NCBI RefSeq assembly: GCF_009914755.1
Contig: NC_060928.1
Strand: one strand, 5' to 3'
Length of the DNA: 64,000 nucleotides
Origin: the human T2T-CHM13v2.0 reference genome, Homo sapiens
The notes beneath the pieces are model-generated. The model saw only the letters and a list, made by a program, of their open reading frames with translations, ran no database searches and was not told the DNA's origin. Positions 1 to 13,005 of the stretch are shown piece after piece; the stretch's first letter is position 1; each line of letters begins with the position of its first letter. The position numbers and the translations under genes are program-made.

Positions 1-500
1 TGTGTATTGCTATTTTTAGAATGCATGCAGCAATTGTGATCCATAAAATATACATTCGATTTTAAAAAGGTACTGAGTTCATTTTATCATTGCACATTTT
101 CTCAATCTGCAGCTCCTCAAAGCAATTTTTAGCATAATTTGGGAGGGGAGTGAGGAGTGGTGGTGGTCTGCCAGATTTTGTTTTGTTTTGTTTTTTGACA
201 TTATAAAGATATAAAGAAGACCTTGTACTGTTGGAAATCTCTGCTCCCTGAATTAAAACTGATTTACATAGCGCCATTACCATATTACAGTATTCTGTAT
301 TTGCCTATATATTTATTTTATCAGTGGCTTTTATGCTTTCGCATGCTTTCATATTGCTTAGCATCCTTTTGTTTAACTTGAAGAGCTTCCCTTAGCAATT
401 TTTATAAGGTTGGTCTAGTAATGATGAAGTCCCTCAGCTTTTGCTTATCTCAGAAAATCTTTATCACTCCCTTATATTTGAAGGACAGTTTTGCTGGGCA
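1..500 (-). mobile_element. Old L1 (L1M-type) fragment
   Basis: T-rich strand; TCCCTCAGCTTTTGCTTATCT...TTTGAAGGACAGTTTTGCTGGG is typical of antisense L1 ORF1-region sequence; runs off the window start. Confidence 0.65.
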
Positions 501-1411
501 GGTTAGCTGCATAGGGTGCTTTGTGAGGGTCTTTTTTCTAGGCTTCTCAGACCTTTTTGGTGAAATTTCTGGACAACTAATAGCAATATGTAAACATTTC
601 AGTGGTTGCTTTTGAAGCTGATATTTGTCTTCTGAGAGAATTATCCCATTGAGAGTGGGATAAGGCAGGAGGATAAGTAGCATCTTGAGAATACCAGACT
701 AAAGCTTCGTATAAATAGAACCACTGCCTGCTGGGAGGTCAGTGCAGGTAACATTTGGTCAAGGGGCATCAACAGAAGTACTAAATCAACAATTAGGGAG
801 CTGGAATAGAGGGGATTATACACACAAACCCTCCAGCGCCCATTGCAATAACTAAATGGCTGGCATCACTTATTTCAGGTGGGTCAGAGTAATCTGCCCA
901 AAGTTGTAAGTGGAGTGAAGGGCAGGTGAAGGTCAGGATTATAGCAATATTCCAGCCCATGATTTTCTGTCATGTTAGCACAAAAGATAAACCCAACTGT
1001 CTGGCCACTTTCATTTGTGGGTAGTTTATCACACAAGCTATGTCAAATAAACCAAGCCTCCTGCACCCATCACTGCCCCACCATATATGGGGCCAAGGAA
1101 AGTTTTATGTCCTGAAGGCCACTATTTGTGACCTAGACCCAAGGGAGCCCCCCTGCTCTGAACCTTGCTTTGAACCCTGCCTCATAAGGGGTCACCAGTG
1201 TGACTTCATAGCCAGTAAGGCCAAGGACATGACTTCTTGTGTTACTCTGAGTCCCCATGTGTCTTTGTAATAAGTTCACATCAGTTAGTTTGTGACTCTT
1301 ACTTTTGACTCTCTCCTTAGAGGTCTATCACCATTATTCATTTGCATGATGGCAGTTCTTTTTTCTTAATGGTATACAATGAGCAAAAACCAGAATAGAA
1401 ATTCCACCTTT

Positions 1412-1712
1412 GGCCGGGTGCAGTAGCTCCCACCTGTAAACCCAGCACTTTGGGAGGTCAAGGCAGGCAGACCACTTTAGGCTGGGAGTTCAAGACCAGC
1501 TTGGGCAGCATGGCGAAACCCTGTCTCTACTGAAAATACAAAAATTAACCTGGCATGGTGGTGCATGCTTGTAATCCTAGCTACTCAAGAGGCTGAGGTA
1601 TGTGAATCACTTGAACCTGAGATACAGAATTTGCAGTGAGCTGAGATCGCACCACTGCACTCCAGCCTGGGTGACAGAGCGAGACTCCTGTCTCCAAAAA
1701 AAAAAAAAAAAA
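1412..1712 (+). mobile_element. Alu, full length (old AluS/J-type)
   Basis: GGCCGGGTGCAGTAGCTC start, dimeric structure, A17 tail at 1696-1712. Confidence 0.97.
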
Positions 1713-1761
1713 GAAGAAGAAGAAGAAGAAAAGAAGAACAGAGAAAGAAAGAAAGAAAGAG
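1696..1761 (+). repeat. Alu-tail polypurine tract A17(GAA)6...(GAAA)4
   Basis: Read directly; a single pyrimidine (C1739) interrupts the tract. Confidence 0.95.
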
Positions 1762-2559
1762 TCCCTCCTTTGTGTCTCAGTCCTTCTTATTTAAGCAGTT
1801 TCCAGCCAAAACCCCAAGGTGGTTGTCCTAAGCTCCCCTCTCAAGGCTAGGAAAGAGAAAAAGGGAGATGGGGTTGGTCTGCAGCTAATAGGCATGGGAA
1901 ACAGGAAGTCAAAGGCATTATTTGGTGAAAAGAGAGACTTGGAGGAAAGCTACAATCCAAAGCACCACATACACGGGGGGCTGGCAGGCTCCCAATCCCA
2001 AGAGAAGCACCTGCAATCTGCCAGACGATGGTAGCGAGGATTCTGAGAGCCGAATGTGGAGAAATTACTCCAGCATTGATTCACAGAGCCCAGCTCCTCT
2101 TATGAGGCTTCCGGGTGCAGCTGTGGGTGGAGAAGGAACTGGTGAAGGAGAAAATGTTTGGACTTTACTTTCTGTGTTTAGTGTAAACCCAAGGGCCCCT
2201 TGGAGTCCAAAAATTATTGGAGAGTAAAAGAGCACTGGCAGCCGTGGGGATTGCAGCCAGTCTTTGCTCAGCAGGCTGTCTTCCAGTAAGATTAGGATCA
2301 CAGAGCTCATCAGCCAAAACCCATCTCTGAATGTCCAGGGTGAATGGTGTGCACACACAGAAATAATCTATTGCCTTGGCCCTGGGGGACAATCCCGCGG
2401 CCAGACCCGGGTTGAGGTCAGGGCCTGCAGGCTGCCTGAGAAAGCTAATAGGACACCATGAGCTAATGGAGTGAACCCAGATAAAAAGAAAGGGCTTAGG
2501 AGGGACAGAAGAACCGCAGAGCATCTCCTTGCTAATGAAACTCCTTGAGACATGCAGAA

Positions 2560-2655
2560 GCAAGAAAGTTTTGGGGGGAGCAAGAATCTGCATTCTTAAC
2601 AGCTCCCAAAGTGATTCCACTGCAGGTGGTGCCACAAGCCACATTTTGGTAGACG
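2560..2655. mobile_element. MER5A-like hAT-Charlie fragment
   Basis: AGAATCTGCATTCTTAACAGCTCCCAAAGTGATTCC resembles the MER5A core. Confidence 0.55.
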
Positions 2656-3799
2656 GCAGGTTTCAGAGGACGGACACGTGGCATCCTGTTGACATAGGAA
2701 GCATACTTTTCAATTTTCAAATGTTTTTGTAAATCTCCAGGAGATAGCAGTTTGCTGAGTTGGCAAATGGGCAGCACTTGGGCAGATAATGGGCTGAGCT
2801 TGTGGGGCCAGGGGCCAGCCTGCTGTAATCTTCCAGGCCTCTACATTCTCTTCTCAGGCACGATGGCAAGACCAAAGGGAACAGTAAAAAGGTTCTTTGG
2901 GGGACAGGGAGATAGCTGGGAGTCCTGTGCCAAGGGTATTGTGTACCGGCCTCCCGTGCGAGTAGGGCCCTGCACACAGACACAACCACAGGTAGTCATG
3001 GCAACTTTTGTGTCTAGGACGTGTGCATGCCAGCTTGCTTACTCTCTTGTGCAGATTTGCCCTTGGCCTTACTGAATGTAAATCTGTGAAATGAAGATCA
3101 AAGGTATCTTCGTACAAGGACCTGGTCCTCTGCCTCAGGGTCTCACCTTCATCTTGTCATGAAGCCTGCATCCTGAGTCTATGATCTCAATGTTTCTGAA
3201 ACTGGAGTCTGAGTAATTTTTAGAAACCCTAGACATTCTTTATTTGGGGTTTTATCTTAATGATAATCGTAAAACAGAAGTTTTACCAGTTATAAAGACA
3301 AGAGTTTTCTTTTGGAGTAGCAATTCCCATTTGGAAGTCCTCTTCCATCAAATAAAATTTGATTTTTTTTTTAAGTCAGTGTCTCTCTAGCTGTGGTCTT
3401 CAAGAGAATAGCAGATCTTTCTGTACATTCTCAGTGATCTATGTGAATGGTCTTTTTCTTTCCTCTCTTAAAAGTGGAAAACAATGTTTTCTTTGCAATG
3501 TGACAATAGTTTAGATACAAGACCCAGAAGTGAAATTCTATTTGGCTTTGTAATGACTTTGGGTGGAAAATCTCCAAAGATGAACTATGTCTTGTGCCAA
3601 TTCATTTGAACTGAATTCAATCCAACAAGTATTTATGGAACTGTGGTCTTGATGCTACGGCAGGCACAAGGGAATAGAGAGTGCTAAGGATCCTGGTCCT
3701 CTTGGGGGAGAATTATTGTACAAGGATCTATGGGAGCATTCTCCCTGGAGGAGGCAGAAAAAGCTTCTCAGAAGGATGAGCTCACCAGAATGACTGGGG

Positions 3800-3825
3800 G
3801 AGAGAGAGAGAGAGAGAGAGAGAGA
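3800..3825 (+). repeat. (GA)13 microsatellite
   Basis: Read directly. Confidence 0.97.
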
Positions 3826-4835
3826 AGCAACAGCAGCATGGGCAAAGGCATGGCACTGCCAGTAGTCTACCATGACTGGAATATAAGGTTGGAGGGTAGA
3901 TGGCCTGGGAAGGTAGAGAAATAGTCAAGAACCATGTGTGCTGTGCTTAGGAGCTTCAGCTTGTTGGCAGAAAAATGGGGCCACTGTTTGGGGTTATAAT
4001 GCCTTTCTGAAATCTCTGCCTCTGTATGTCTTCATCACCCTCTCTTGATTGAAAAGCCTGAACTCTCTCAAGGGCCATTTTTTATTGGTCTCACACTCCT
4101 AGGTATAAAGAGGTAAAAAATACTGTCATCTTAGCAATCAGTCCAGAGTTCCAATTAGGAAAAGACATGTCTTTGTGTGAAAAATAATATGTTGATAAGA
4201 ACTCAAGGTAGATTCCAAATACCTGAGAATTCAAGGTTTTAAACATCAGAAGAAGGGAAATCATTTTGCGTAGTTGGAGAGAAAGAATTTGGGGTTTTGG
4301 TGGGGATTTCAGTGGAAAAGGGAGTTGCTAAGAAGGGAGGGGAAAGGGATATGGAATATGGTGGAGGGATGTCTCCCAACTCAACAGTCAGGGAAGTCTT
4401 TAAAATTCATAAATGCTGTGTGCAAGTCATGTTTCTGTCATAGGATATTGAGGACAGGTTTGAATTTTAGGGCAGACTTGAACTGGGGTATAGAATGGAA
4501 GCTGCAAAGCAGAATGTGTTGTAGCACCTGAGGTGGCCCTGAAAACATAAGCTCCTGGGAAGTGCAGCTACTTTGGAAAGGGCTTTGCATTCCCTGGGCT
4601 ATGGTTTTGGACTAGATCTTGAGGGTTTGACAGAGAATTTTATGTGTCAACTTGGCTAGGCTATGATGCCCAGTTGTTTGGTCAAACATAAATCTGGATG
4701 TTTCCATGAAGATTAATTTTAGATGTGATTAACATTTATAATCAGTAGGCTTTGAGTAAAGCAGATTACCCTCCATTATTGAGTAGGCATCATCCAATCA
4801 GCTGAAAGCCTTAAGAGCGAGCAAGTACGCGCATG

Positions 4836-4843
4836 CACACACA

Positions 4844-4891
<48 letters not shown>
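4836..4891 (+). repeat. Compound (CA)13(GA)15 microsatellite inside MLT2
   Basis: Read directly. Confidence 0.97.
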
Positions 4892-4893
<2 letters not shown>

Positions 4894-5101
4894 TGAGTTG
4901 CTGAAGAAAAGGCAATTCTGCCTCCCAACTTCAAAAGAGAAACGCTGCCTGAGTTTTTTGACTGCTGCCCTGCCCTGCAGATTTTGGACTCAAGACTGCA
5001 ACATCGACTCTTACCTGAATTTCTGGACTACCAGCTCACCCTACGGATTTCAGACTTGCCAGTCCCCACAATTATGTCAGCTGATTTAAAATAAAAATAT
5101 C

Positions 5102-5112
5102 GATAGATAGAT

Positions 5113-5160
<48 letters not shown>

Positions 5161-5174
5161 TAGATAGATAGATA
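5102..5174 (+). repeat. GATA STR: (GATA)2 GAT (GATA)12 TA (GATA)3
   Basis: Read directly. Confidence 0.97.
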
Positions 5175-5345
5175 ATGGTATCCTACTGGTTCTGTTTCTC
5201 CAGAGAATCCTGAGTGACATTGTTCTATAGTAGATATTTCCAGGTTCCGGGGAGGAGTAAGCCTTTTCTCACGATTTGAGAAAATGCCCAAAGGAAAGGG
5301 ATTCAAACATGTCTCTTCCTTGGCTCGTTAGGATGTAAGTGCTCT

Positions 5346-5722
5346 GTGGCAGACACTGCTAGATCCCAACCCTAAAGCTGTTTTCTCTTATTCCTTCCTT
5401 ACTAAAATAACTCTAATTTGGCTGGCACATTTCTTCACTGATTTGCCCTTCCCTCTCTCCCGTTCTTCCTGTCTGGAATATAGATGCAAAGCCTCATGGT
5501 ACAGCAGTCACCTTGCAATCATGAAGATAAAAGCCACAAAGAATGGTAGCTCAGAAGGTGGAAGGACTCTGCATAGTTGAAGACACTATGATTAGATGTA
5601 TCAGCCCTGGACTTAAGTACCTCTGCTTTTCTTAATAGGAGAAAAATAACCCTCTTCCTTCCTTATGCCAATCTTCTCGAGTTCCTTGCTACTTGCAGCT
5701 GAGTCCACTCTTGACTGATATC
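5346..5722 (+). mobile_element. Old MaLR LTR (MLT1J/K-like)
   Basis: TGTGGCAGACACTGCTA start; GTTCCTTGCTACTTGCAGCTGAG...CTGATA end. Confidence 0.6.
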
Positions 5723-6221
5723 ACCTAATCTCAGTCGCTATCAGATTAAACAACAGCATTACTTTCAGAGGGCCACCAAGAAAAAATTGCCTGGGAGAAG
5801 AGTAAGGAGCCTGAAGATCTGACTAACTTTCTCTGTAGCCCTTTACCGAATAGCAGATTAGCTGAGCTCATATGATCGTATCAACTAGTCATCACCTTGA
5901 TTAGAACACAGAAGAAGTAAGTGTTCATGGATTCAAACTGAAGAGTCGGATGGAGGAGTGTCAAGGACCTGTCATCATAAGGAGGCAGAAAGTGAGAGGG
6001 TATCTTTAACTATAAGTGATGGTTTTATAAAGTAGATGCACAGTTTTAGAAAGTAGGAAACCCACTACAAATGAAGTGTCTGAACATATAGTCCAGAAGG
6101 TGTCTGGTTTAAACAAAAAAGAAATTACTACTTAGGGGCATGAACAGCACCCTATCTATAAATAAAGACTGCCATCATATCTGTTTTCTCCTACACTTGC
6201 CCTTCATGTTTTTCTCCTTAT

Positions 6222-6890
6222 TCACTCAATCATTCATTCATTCCACAAAGATTTATTAAGCATATAGGCACTAGGGACACAAAGATGAATAAGACAAAGT
6301 TCATGCCATTCAAAAGGAAAAATTGGGTGGAAAAACAGAATTGTGAGCAGATAAATAACCAAATTTGTTTAAGTGCTATAGAAAAGATAAGAATAATAAG
6401 TCATGAACCACAGACTGTGCCCAGAGGACTTAGGAATGACCCCATAGCATAGAAGACATCTGGAGCTGAACTTTGAAGTTTAAATAGGATTTTCCTGCTA
6501 GAGACTGGGGAAGGCCATTTCCATTTCCTACATCCCTACCTTTGAAGCCATGAATATTGAAGGGTATTTGACCCATCCACTATCAGGAGAGGCTTCTCTG
6601 AGGTGAGCAGGAGTTAATGAGGAAGGAAGAGAATTCTGGGCAGAGGGAGCAGCTTACACAGAAGCCCTGTGGAAGCTGGAGTTTGACAGGCAAGAGGAAA
6701 TGGAACTCAGATAGTGAGGGGGAGAGCAGTTATGAGATGAAGCTGGGGACATTTTTTGGGGGTCAGAATGATATGGGAATAGACCATGTAAAGGAATTGT
6801 TGGGTGTTTTGGTTTTTGTTTTTTTCATAAGCCAATGAGAAGTCACTGAACTGTTTTATGTACGTAGACCACATGATCATCTTAACTGTA
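6222..6890 (-). mobile_element. L2 remnants (3' end)
   Basis: CATTCATTCATTCCACAAAGATTTATTAAGCA antisense L2 tail followed by purine-rich L2-like body. Confidence 0.6.
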
Positions 6891-9811
6891 ATCAGAAGCT
6901 CTTAGACTAACAAACCGTGGTTTCTTCCAGTAGCCTGGGATTCTGAGTTTTCCTTGCCACCTTTATAAATCTAAGCTGTAGACTCATTGGTGGGAACAGT
7001 TATAGGTATCAGAATATCTTCCCATCTCTCATAGTCTTATAGTTTTCTTCTCAATAAAGGCAGGCACAATGGCAAACTTTAATAACTGTCAGGTGTAATT
7101 AAGAACAGCCACTCTCCTTTAGACTTGCGTAGGAAGCCCTTTCCACTGAGGAAGCCACCCAGTCAGTCTCTGGGTGGCATCCGATGAAGCCAAGGGTTAG
7201 TAAAAGCACCAGGAAAAGGTGTAGATAATAGCAGGAGTTAATGATATCTACATATAAGACAATGTCCAAAGAGCAGGACCTGGAGCCCGGCAGATATCAC
7301 TGCATTGACAGCTGCATTTTATTCATACCCTCCTGAATATGTCATTTTCCATGGTTAGGATGTCAGGCTGTGACCTGAATTTCCAAGTGTGTTGCTTGTA
7401 CCATCAACCATTAGCTTGCAGCAAGGCAGGAATTTAAGTATGTATAGTGGGGCTTGCATATTCAGTGTTTTAGGTAAGGAAGATGACTTGGATCTTGGCC
7501 CAGCTGAAAAGGAGTTGCCTTTCTTTTATATCAATATGGTCTTACTTAAAAGAACATATTTACACAAACACACATAGTACACACAAAGAAAATTCTCAAA
7601 GGCTTTCTAGGGAGGACCTTTTAAGAAGCAAAGCTCTCAGAAGCATATTTTATTTGCAAAGGTAAGGAGCTAAATTGCAGGGTTAAAGGCAAGAATGAAA
7701 GGGCTGAGAAATACTATGCCAAAGACATGATGATTCCTCTGGAATCTCAAATTTTTCTCTAGGGAAAGAAGGAAACAAGGTCAAATAGAAAAGCATGGGA
7801 AAAAATTAAATATGGCTATGCTTTAAATTGCAAGCAACACTTTCAGGAATGCTTGGCTGCACTATTGGTAGGAGGTAGGGGAACTAGAGTTCTTTTCCAG
7901 AAATCTGCTTAGGGTATGGGAGTGGATTTTGAAAACAAACAAAATCCATTTTAGCCTCAAACTTGAAAGGGCTAGGAGTCATGTATTCCCAACTGCTGAA
8001 CATACTCTAACTGCTTACCTGGACTTTGTTTTGCCCTGTGGCAAACAGGCCTTTTGATGACCAAGGCTGGCTGTGACACCCAGAAGTGAGCAAACAGATC
8101 ACCATGTAATCGCTTAAACACATCAAATGGCCAAGTCTTTTTTGAAGAACTCAGTCTTGTCATTTGACAGAAATAAGCAGTATTTTCTAGACAATCTCTT
8201 CTCTTGCCCAGCCCTCGAAAGAGCCCTCTTTTCTTCCCCATTCCAAGCATCCTTGTGCTGTTTCTCATTCTTCTTACTTTCATCAAAACATTTTCTAAAG
8301 CACTTTTAACCAACGATAGCATTTTGAATGAAGAATCTATTCTATCAAAGCAGCAGTGGGAATATGGCTTGTTTGTGGGTTTAAGTTCTGAAATTTTAGT
8401 TACACTCTGCACTGAACATCTACTATATACATCGAGGACTTTTTTCTTTTGTTGTTTGGTTCCCATATGGAAGTATGATTTGTCTGTTCAGCATGCTTTC
8501 CTTTGGAGAATTACCCCTCCCTAGTCCATAGCAATTTTGCTCAGCCTGTATGGTTTAGGTGAAATTTCCCTTCCCTTCCTCTTCCCCTAGGAAAGAGCTT
8601 TTGACCCAGTCCTGGCCAATCACAGTATTCTAAAATCTTTTGCTAAATGATTGGTTCAAGAGTGAGCATGTAGCAGTTGCTGGCATTTGAATATTCTCAT
8701 TTCTCTTTGACTGCAGCTCTCTGTGCCCTGTTGCAATAAAAAATTCAGTTAATACAGTAATTAGCTCTCTCTTTTGTTCCCAAAGAAAATTGAAATTTAA
8801 AATGGATGTGCATAAACAAATAGATTTTGCTTATAAATGGAAAACTTGGCTCAGGTAAGGGCTCCTGGGAGCTCCACAAGGACTTAAAAGACAAAACTGA
8901 CATGAACCATTTCAATACACAAATAAACTCTTTCACCCTCCCATCTAAATACACACAATTTGACTTAGCAAAACTTGCATATACACTATTCGGTGTTTGT
9001 TTCGTTTTCTCAAAAAAGACTTTTGCTGCTGACGATAAAACAACCCTGAAAACATCCCATTTCTTTGAAATATAGAATCAACCCCCTTACACACAGCTTG
9101 GGTTATGGAAACTGTTTGTGGGTCCGTTTATTAGTAAATCCCTAATGACACTGGGCATTTGTCATTTTCTCTCCACTTTCAACTTAAAATTGTAATAGTA
9201 TACCTATGTTCAACACTCCGTTCACATTTATGGCTTTTATACTTACTGGACATGATGAGGTTAATAACCTTTGGAAAAATGCCTCAGAAATTAAGCAGAA
9301 ATCAGCAAAGTGGTCATAGGTGAAAATGACTGGACATGGTTGCTTTTGCCTTTTTTGGTGGCAAGCAGAATAGACACTTTTTTTCCCCTTAAAGCAAAGC
9401 TTTGTTCCTATTCATGTAATTAACAAAACTTCATAAGTAGAAGAGCTTCTGTACTGATTAAGCCAGTGTTATGTTAGCCCTTCTGCAAAACTTAGGATCA
9501 GAAGATTTGAAAATTAGTTAACAGGTTTGGAATAGTATTGCTGTCCTAAGTTTGCTTTCCAACTCCAGGAAAGGCACTTACTGTAATGAAAAATAGGAAG
9601 GAAACTTTGTTGATATCCCCATGTGCAGAATACTAAAGAAGAGACAGAGGTTGCACTGGGTAGATGCTAATGCCACGCTAATTCTGAGAGTCTTTGGTTC
9701 TATTTATTTTCTTTCTCCACCCATTGTGAGCAACCTTGATCATACAGCTTGCCTTTAGGGAAGCCAGAGAACATGAGGGCCTGGTCCTCTTTGCAGCTAG
9801 TATACGTAACA

Positions 9812-10050
9812 CACTTGTTAAGAGCACAGGCTTAGTAATCAGAGAGACCTGGGTCCACATTCTGCCTGTTTTTTTACTAGATGTGTGACCTCAAGCATGT
9901 GGCCACATTTCTGAGCCTGTTTTTTCAATCTATAAAATGAGAATACTAATGAATGCCTTCCTCATTGAGCTGTTATGATTAAGTGACAATGCTTGTCAAG
10001 TTCCTAGAACATATCTTGGAACATGATAAATTTACCCTTATTACTACTAT
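9812..10050 (+). mobile_element. MIR SINE
   Basis: GTTAAGAGCACAGGCTT...TGTGTGACCT...TCTGAGCCTGTTTTTTCAATCTATAAAATGAG core. Confidence 0.85.
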
Positions 10051-10399
10051 TATAGATAAATCATTTGGAATTCTGGTTTAAATTTTTCCTTTTGAAAAAA
10101 AAAAGTTTTTGAGGGAAAACCTCAAGGAAGCAGAAAAGCAGAGAATAGTATAAAGAAGCTCCCATGTACCCATTACCCAACTAAGTCAAGTCATCAACTA
10201 ATAATAGTGACTCTTGCTTTATTTATGCCCCAACCCCCACCCCCACCCACCACTTATCCACCAAAATCCCAAACATAAATAATTTCATCTGGGGCTTATA
10301 GACGTATTTGTTAGAGAGTGTCTGCCCCAAAAGACCAATCTACTCCAGCTGTGTTGGCAAGAAAGACTCTGGATTATCATAGTGAATTTTCCTAGGTTT

Positions 10400-10692
10400 A
10401 CCTTTTCCAAAATGAATCCCAAAGAATATTTTTCCACAGTGTGTTAATAGGTTTTTATGCCAAAAGTGTACAGTTCTCTGGTAAAGTAAATTCTCAAATC
10501 ATTAAATTAAGAAATGTGATTCTTCTTTATGCTACATGTTTTTTGGAACATTTAATAGGCTGTTACACCATCAGCCTCTAAGAAGACGATAGAGAGTGCA
10601 GAGTTTCTTACACAAATTAAACTCTGCAACTATCTTCTCTAGTGGCATCTTGGGGAACAAATGCTCAATGGAACATACTTTGGCCAGCACAG
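10400..10692. mobile_element. hAT-Charlie relic (MER103-like)
   Basis: TTTTCCAAAATGAATCCCAAAGAA and GGAACATACTTTGG degenerate inverted ends. Confidence 0.45.
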
Positions 10693-11171
10693 AATCAGAC
10701 AAATGTTATTTTGTGGGATTTTGCCACTATTTGAGTAGCCAGATGGCCTGCTCCAGACCACAGATCTGCACTTTCTTTGAGTTTCTTTGAGCTTCTGCAG
10801 TTTCTATTTGCTTAGTGCAACTAGAAAGAAGCCAGAATCTTGAGTTCTGGGACTACTGTGCTTATTGGTAAAGGAGACATGGTATAGATTCTTTCGGTAT
10901 CTTGACACACAGGGAAGGGCCATTAAAACAACATGGGAAGTGAGAGAAGAGTTGAATAGAATTGAATTGAATGTGAGATATAATATCCTAAGTGCCTCCC
11001 AAGCCCTGAATTCCTAAACAACAGCAGTCCACATAAGCAGAGCCCTGTGAACTTGAGGATTTGCATATTACACTGTCATTGACTGTTGGCATTAGATTGG
11101 GATTTGTGCTTAATGACTTAAAGAAGGGGAGAAATGGGGAACTTGGAAGATGTTTTAAAAATGTTGAGTCA

Positions 11172-11570
<399 letters not shown>

Positions 11571-11629
11571 TTACTTTTCAAATGATACTGAGAGAGAGTC
11601 ACCTGCAAGAAAGGGGAAAGCCGTGAGAT

Positions 11630-12056
11630 ATAGTAGGTATTTACTGAAGTCCACTCACATCTAGTTCTCCTCTCTTTCTGGGAGCCTTAAAGTACTTCTC
11701 AACTCTCTTACAGTCAAGTGGAGCCATTTGACTAGTTCTTGCAGCCATTTGACTAGGAGCAGAAGTAAAATAAGTCACTTCCGGGCCTAGGTAGTGAGAG
11801 GCCCAGACATGATTCTCCAGGCTTTCATTTCCTTGCCGCAATGACCAGGGAGTTGTCTGCGTATTTTGGATGGTACAGCTATAAATGGAGTAGCATCTAC
11901 CAACCTGGGGAACCTGAATGACTCCGCTGAGTGGAGCTCCTCACTCATCCATGATGGACAAATATTGTGAGCAAAAATAAACCTTTGTTGTGTTAAGCTA
12001 CTAGGTTTTGGGGGTTCATTTTTCACCAAGGCACAACTGATGCTTCCTGATGATAT
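11630..12056 (+). mobile_element. Old MaLR LTR (MLT1J-like)
   Basis: AAATAAACCTTTGTTGTGTTAAGCTACT 3' motif; internal direct repeat AGCCATTTGACTAG at 11722 and 11743. Confidence 0.65.
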
Positions 12057-12227
12057 AGGAGGCATAGCTGTGTGTATTATACCCCACTTATCTTCCACAC
12101 ACTCAAACAGGCTAGCACCTAGCATGGGTGTCCAACAGCAAATCTTAATGAAATAGAATTATGAATACTTTACATTAGAGCCTGGTCTCTGATGATAAGT
12201 TAAAATTATGAAAAGCGTATCAAAGGA

Positions 12228-12613
12228 TGATATGGTGTGAATGTGTCCTCTAAAAGCTCATGTGTTGGAAACGTAGTCCCCAATGCAGCAATGTTGAAAG
12301 GTAGGGCTTTTAGTAGGTGACTGAATCATCCAGAGGATTGAATTAATTCATTCATGGATTAATTGGTTATTGAGGGAGTGGGATAAGTGCTATGACAGTG
12401 GGGTTTTTTTTTATAAAAGTCAGCTTTGCTATCTCTCTCCTGAGCCCCCTTTGGGACTCTACAGAGTTCCCACAAGCAAGAAGGCTTTCACCAGATATAG
12501 TTCCTCAATCTTGGACTTTACAGCCTCCAGAACTGTAAGAAATAAATTTCTTTCCTTTATAAATTACCTAGTCTAAGATATTCTGGTGTAGCAACAGAAA
12601 ACAGACTAAGACA
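12228..12613 (+). mobile_element. MST-family MaLR solo LTR
   Basis: TGATATGGTGTGAATGTGTCC...CTCATGTGTTGGAAAC start; CAGCCTCCAGAACTGTAAGAAATAAAT; ACAGACTAAGACA end. Confidence 0.88.
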
Positions 12614-12769
12614 GATGGATATATATTTCTGAGCCTCCTCTCTTCATAGTCACTAAGTAGTCAACTCAGCTGAGTTCTCTGACATTCTTCTTTATTTATC
12701 ATAAAGATGAATCAAGGAGAGGGGTTCTGAAGCCTCTAATAGCTGCCAAGTAATACATACTAATAGCCA

Positions 12770-13005
12770 ACTAGTTTACTAAGTGATTACTAGTACCAGG
12801 CAGTTTCCCAGCACTTTAGATACATGTTTATTTCATTTAATCTTCATAACAACCCAGAAGTTAGTACTAATATCATCACTATTTTACAGATCCTTGCCTT
12901 ACAGAGAAAACATAGGGAATTTGAGTACCTTGCCCTAAGTCACAAAAAGTAAGAAGCACTAGAAATGGAATAAAATTCAAGACAGCCCACACTCTAACCA
13001 CTATA
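12770..13005 (-). mobile_element. MIR SINE
   Basis: TTTCATTTAATCTTCATAACAACCC...ATTTTACAGAT antisense core. Confidence 0.7.

Larger units (their letters stand above)
4635..5219 (+). mobile_element. MLT2B-like solo LTR (ERVL)
   Basis: AATTTTATGTGTCAACTTGGCTAGGC 5' motif; GAGTAAAGCAGATTACCCTCC; 3' end TCCTACTGGTTCTGTTTCTCCAGAGAATCCTGA. Confidence 0.85.

Noticed and set aside
690-1380. Possible degraded ERV/MaLR internal sequence (includes ORF 1040-1270)
   Set aside because: Only a vague resemblance; I could not identify any gag, pol or env motif. Needs a Dfam search
2165-2644. 159-aa minus-strand ORF and overlapping ORFs
   Set aside because: Starts within a MER5 fragment, has no recognisable domain, and longer ORFs are expected where GC is higher
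7972-8524. 164-aa minus ORF and hydrophobic 106-aa plus ORF
   Set aside because: No recognisable homology or exon structure; the hydrophobicity reflects T-rich DNA
10597-10628. 10-bp perfect stem TGCAGAGTTT/AAACTCTGCA
   Set aside because: Short, inside a DNA-transposon relic, and near chance expectation for 64 kb
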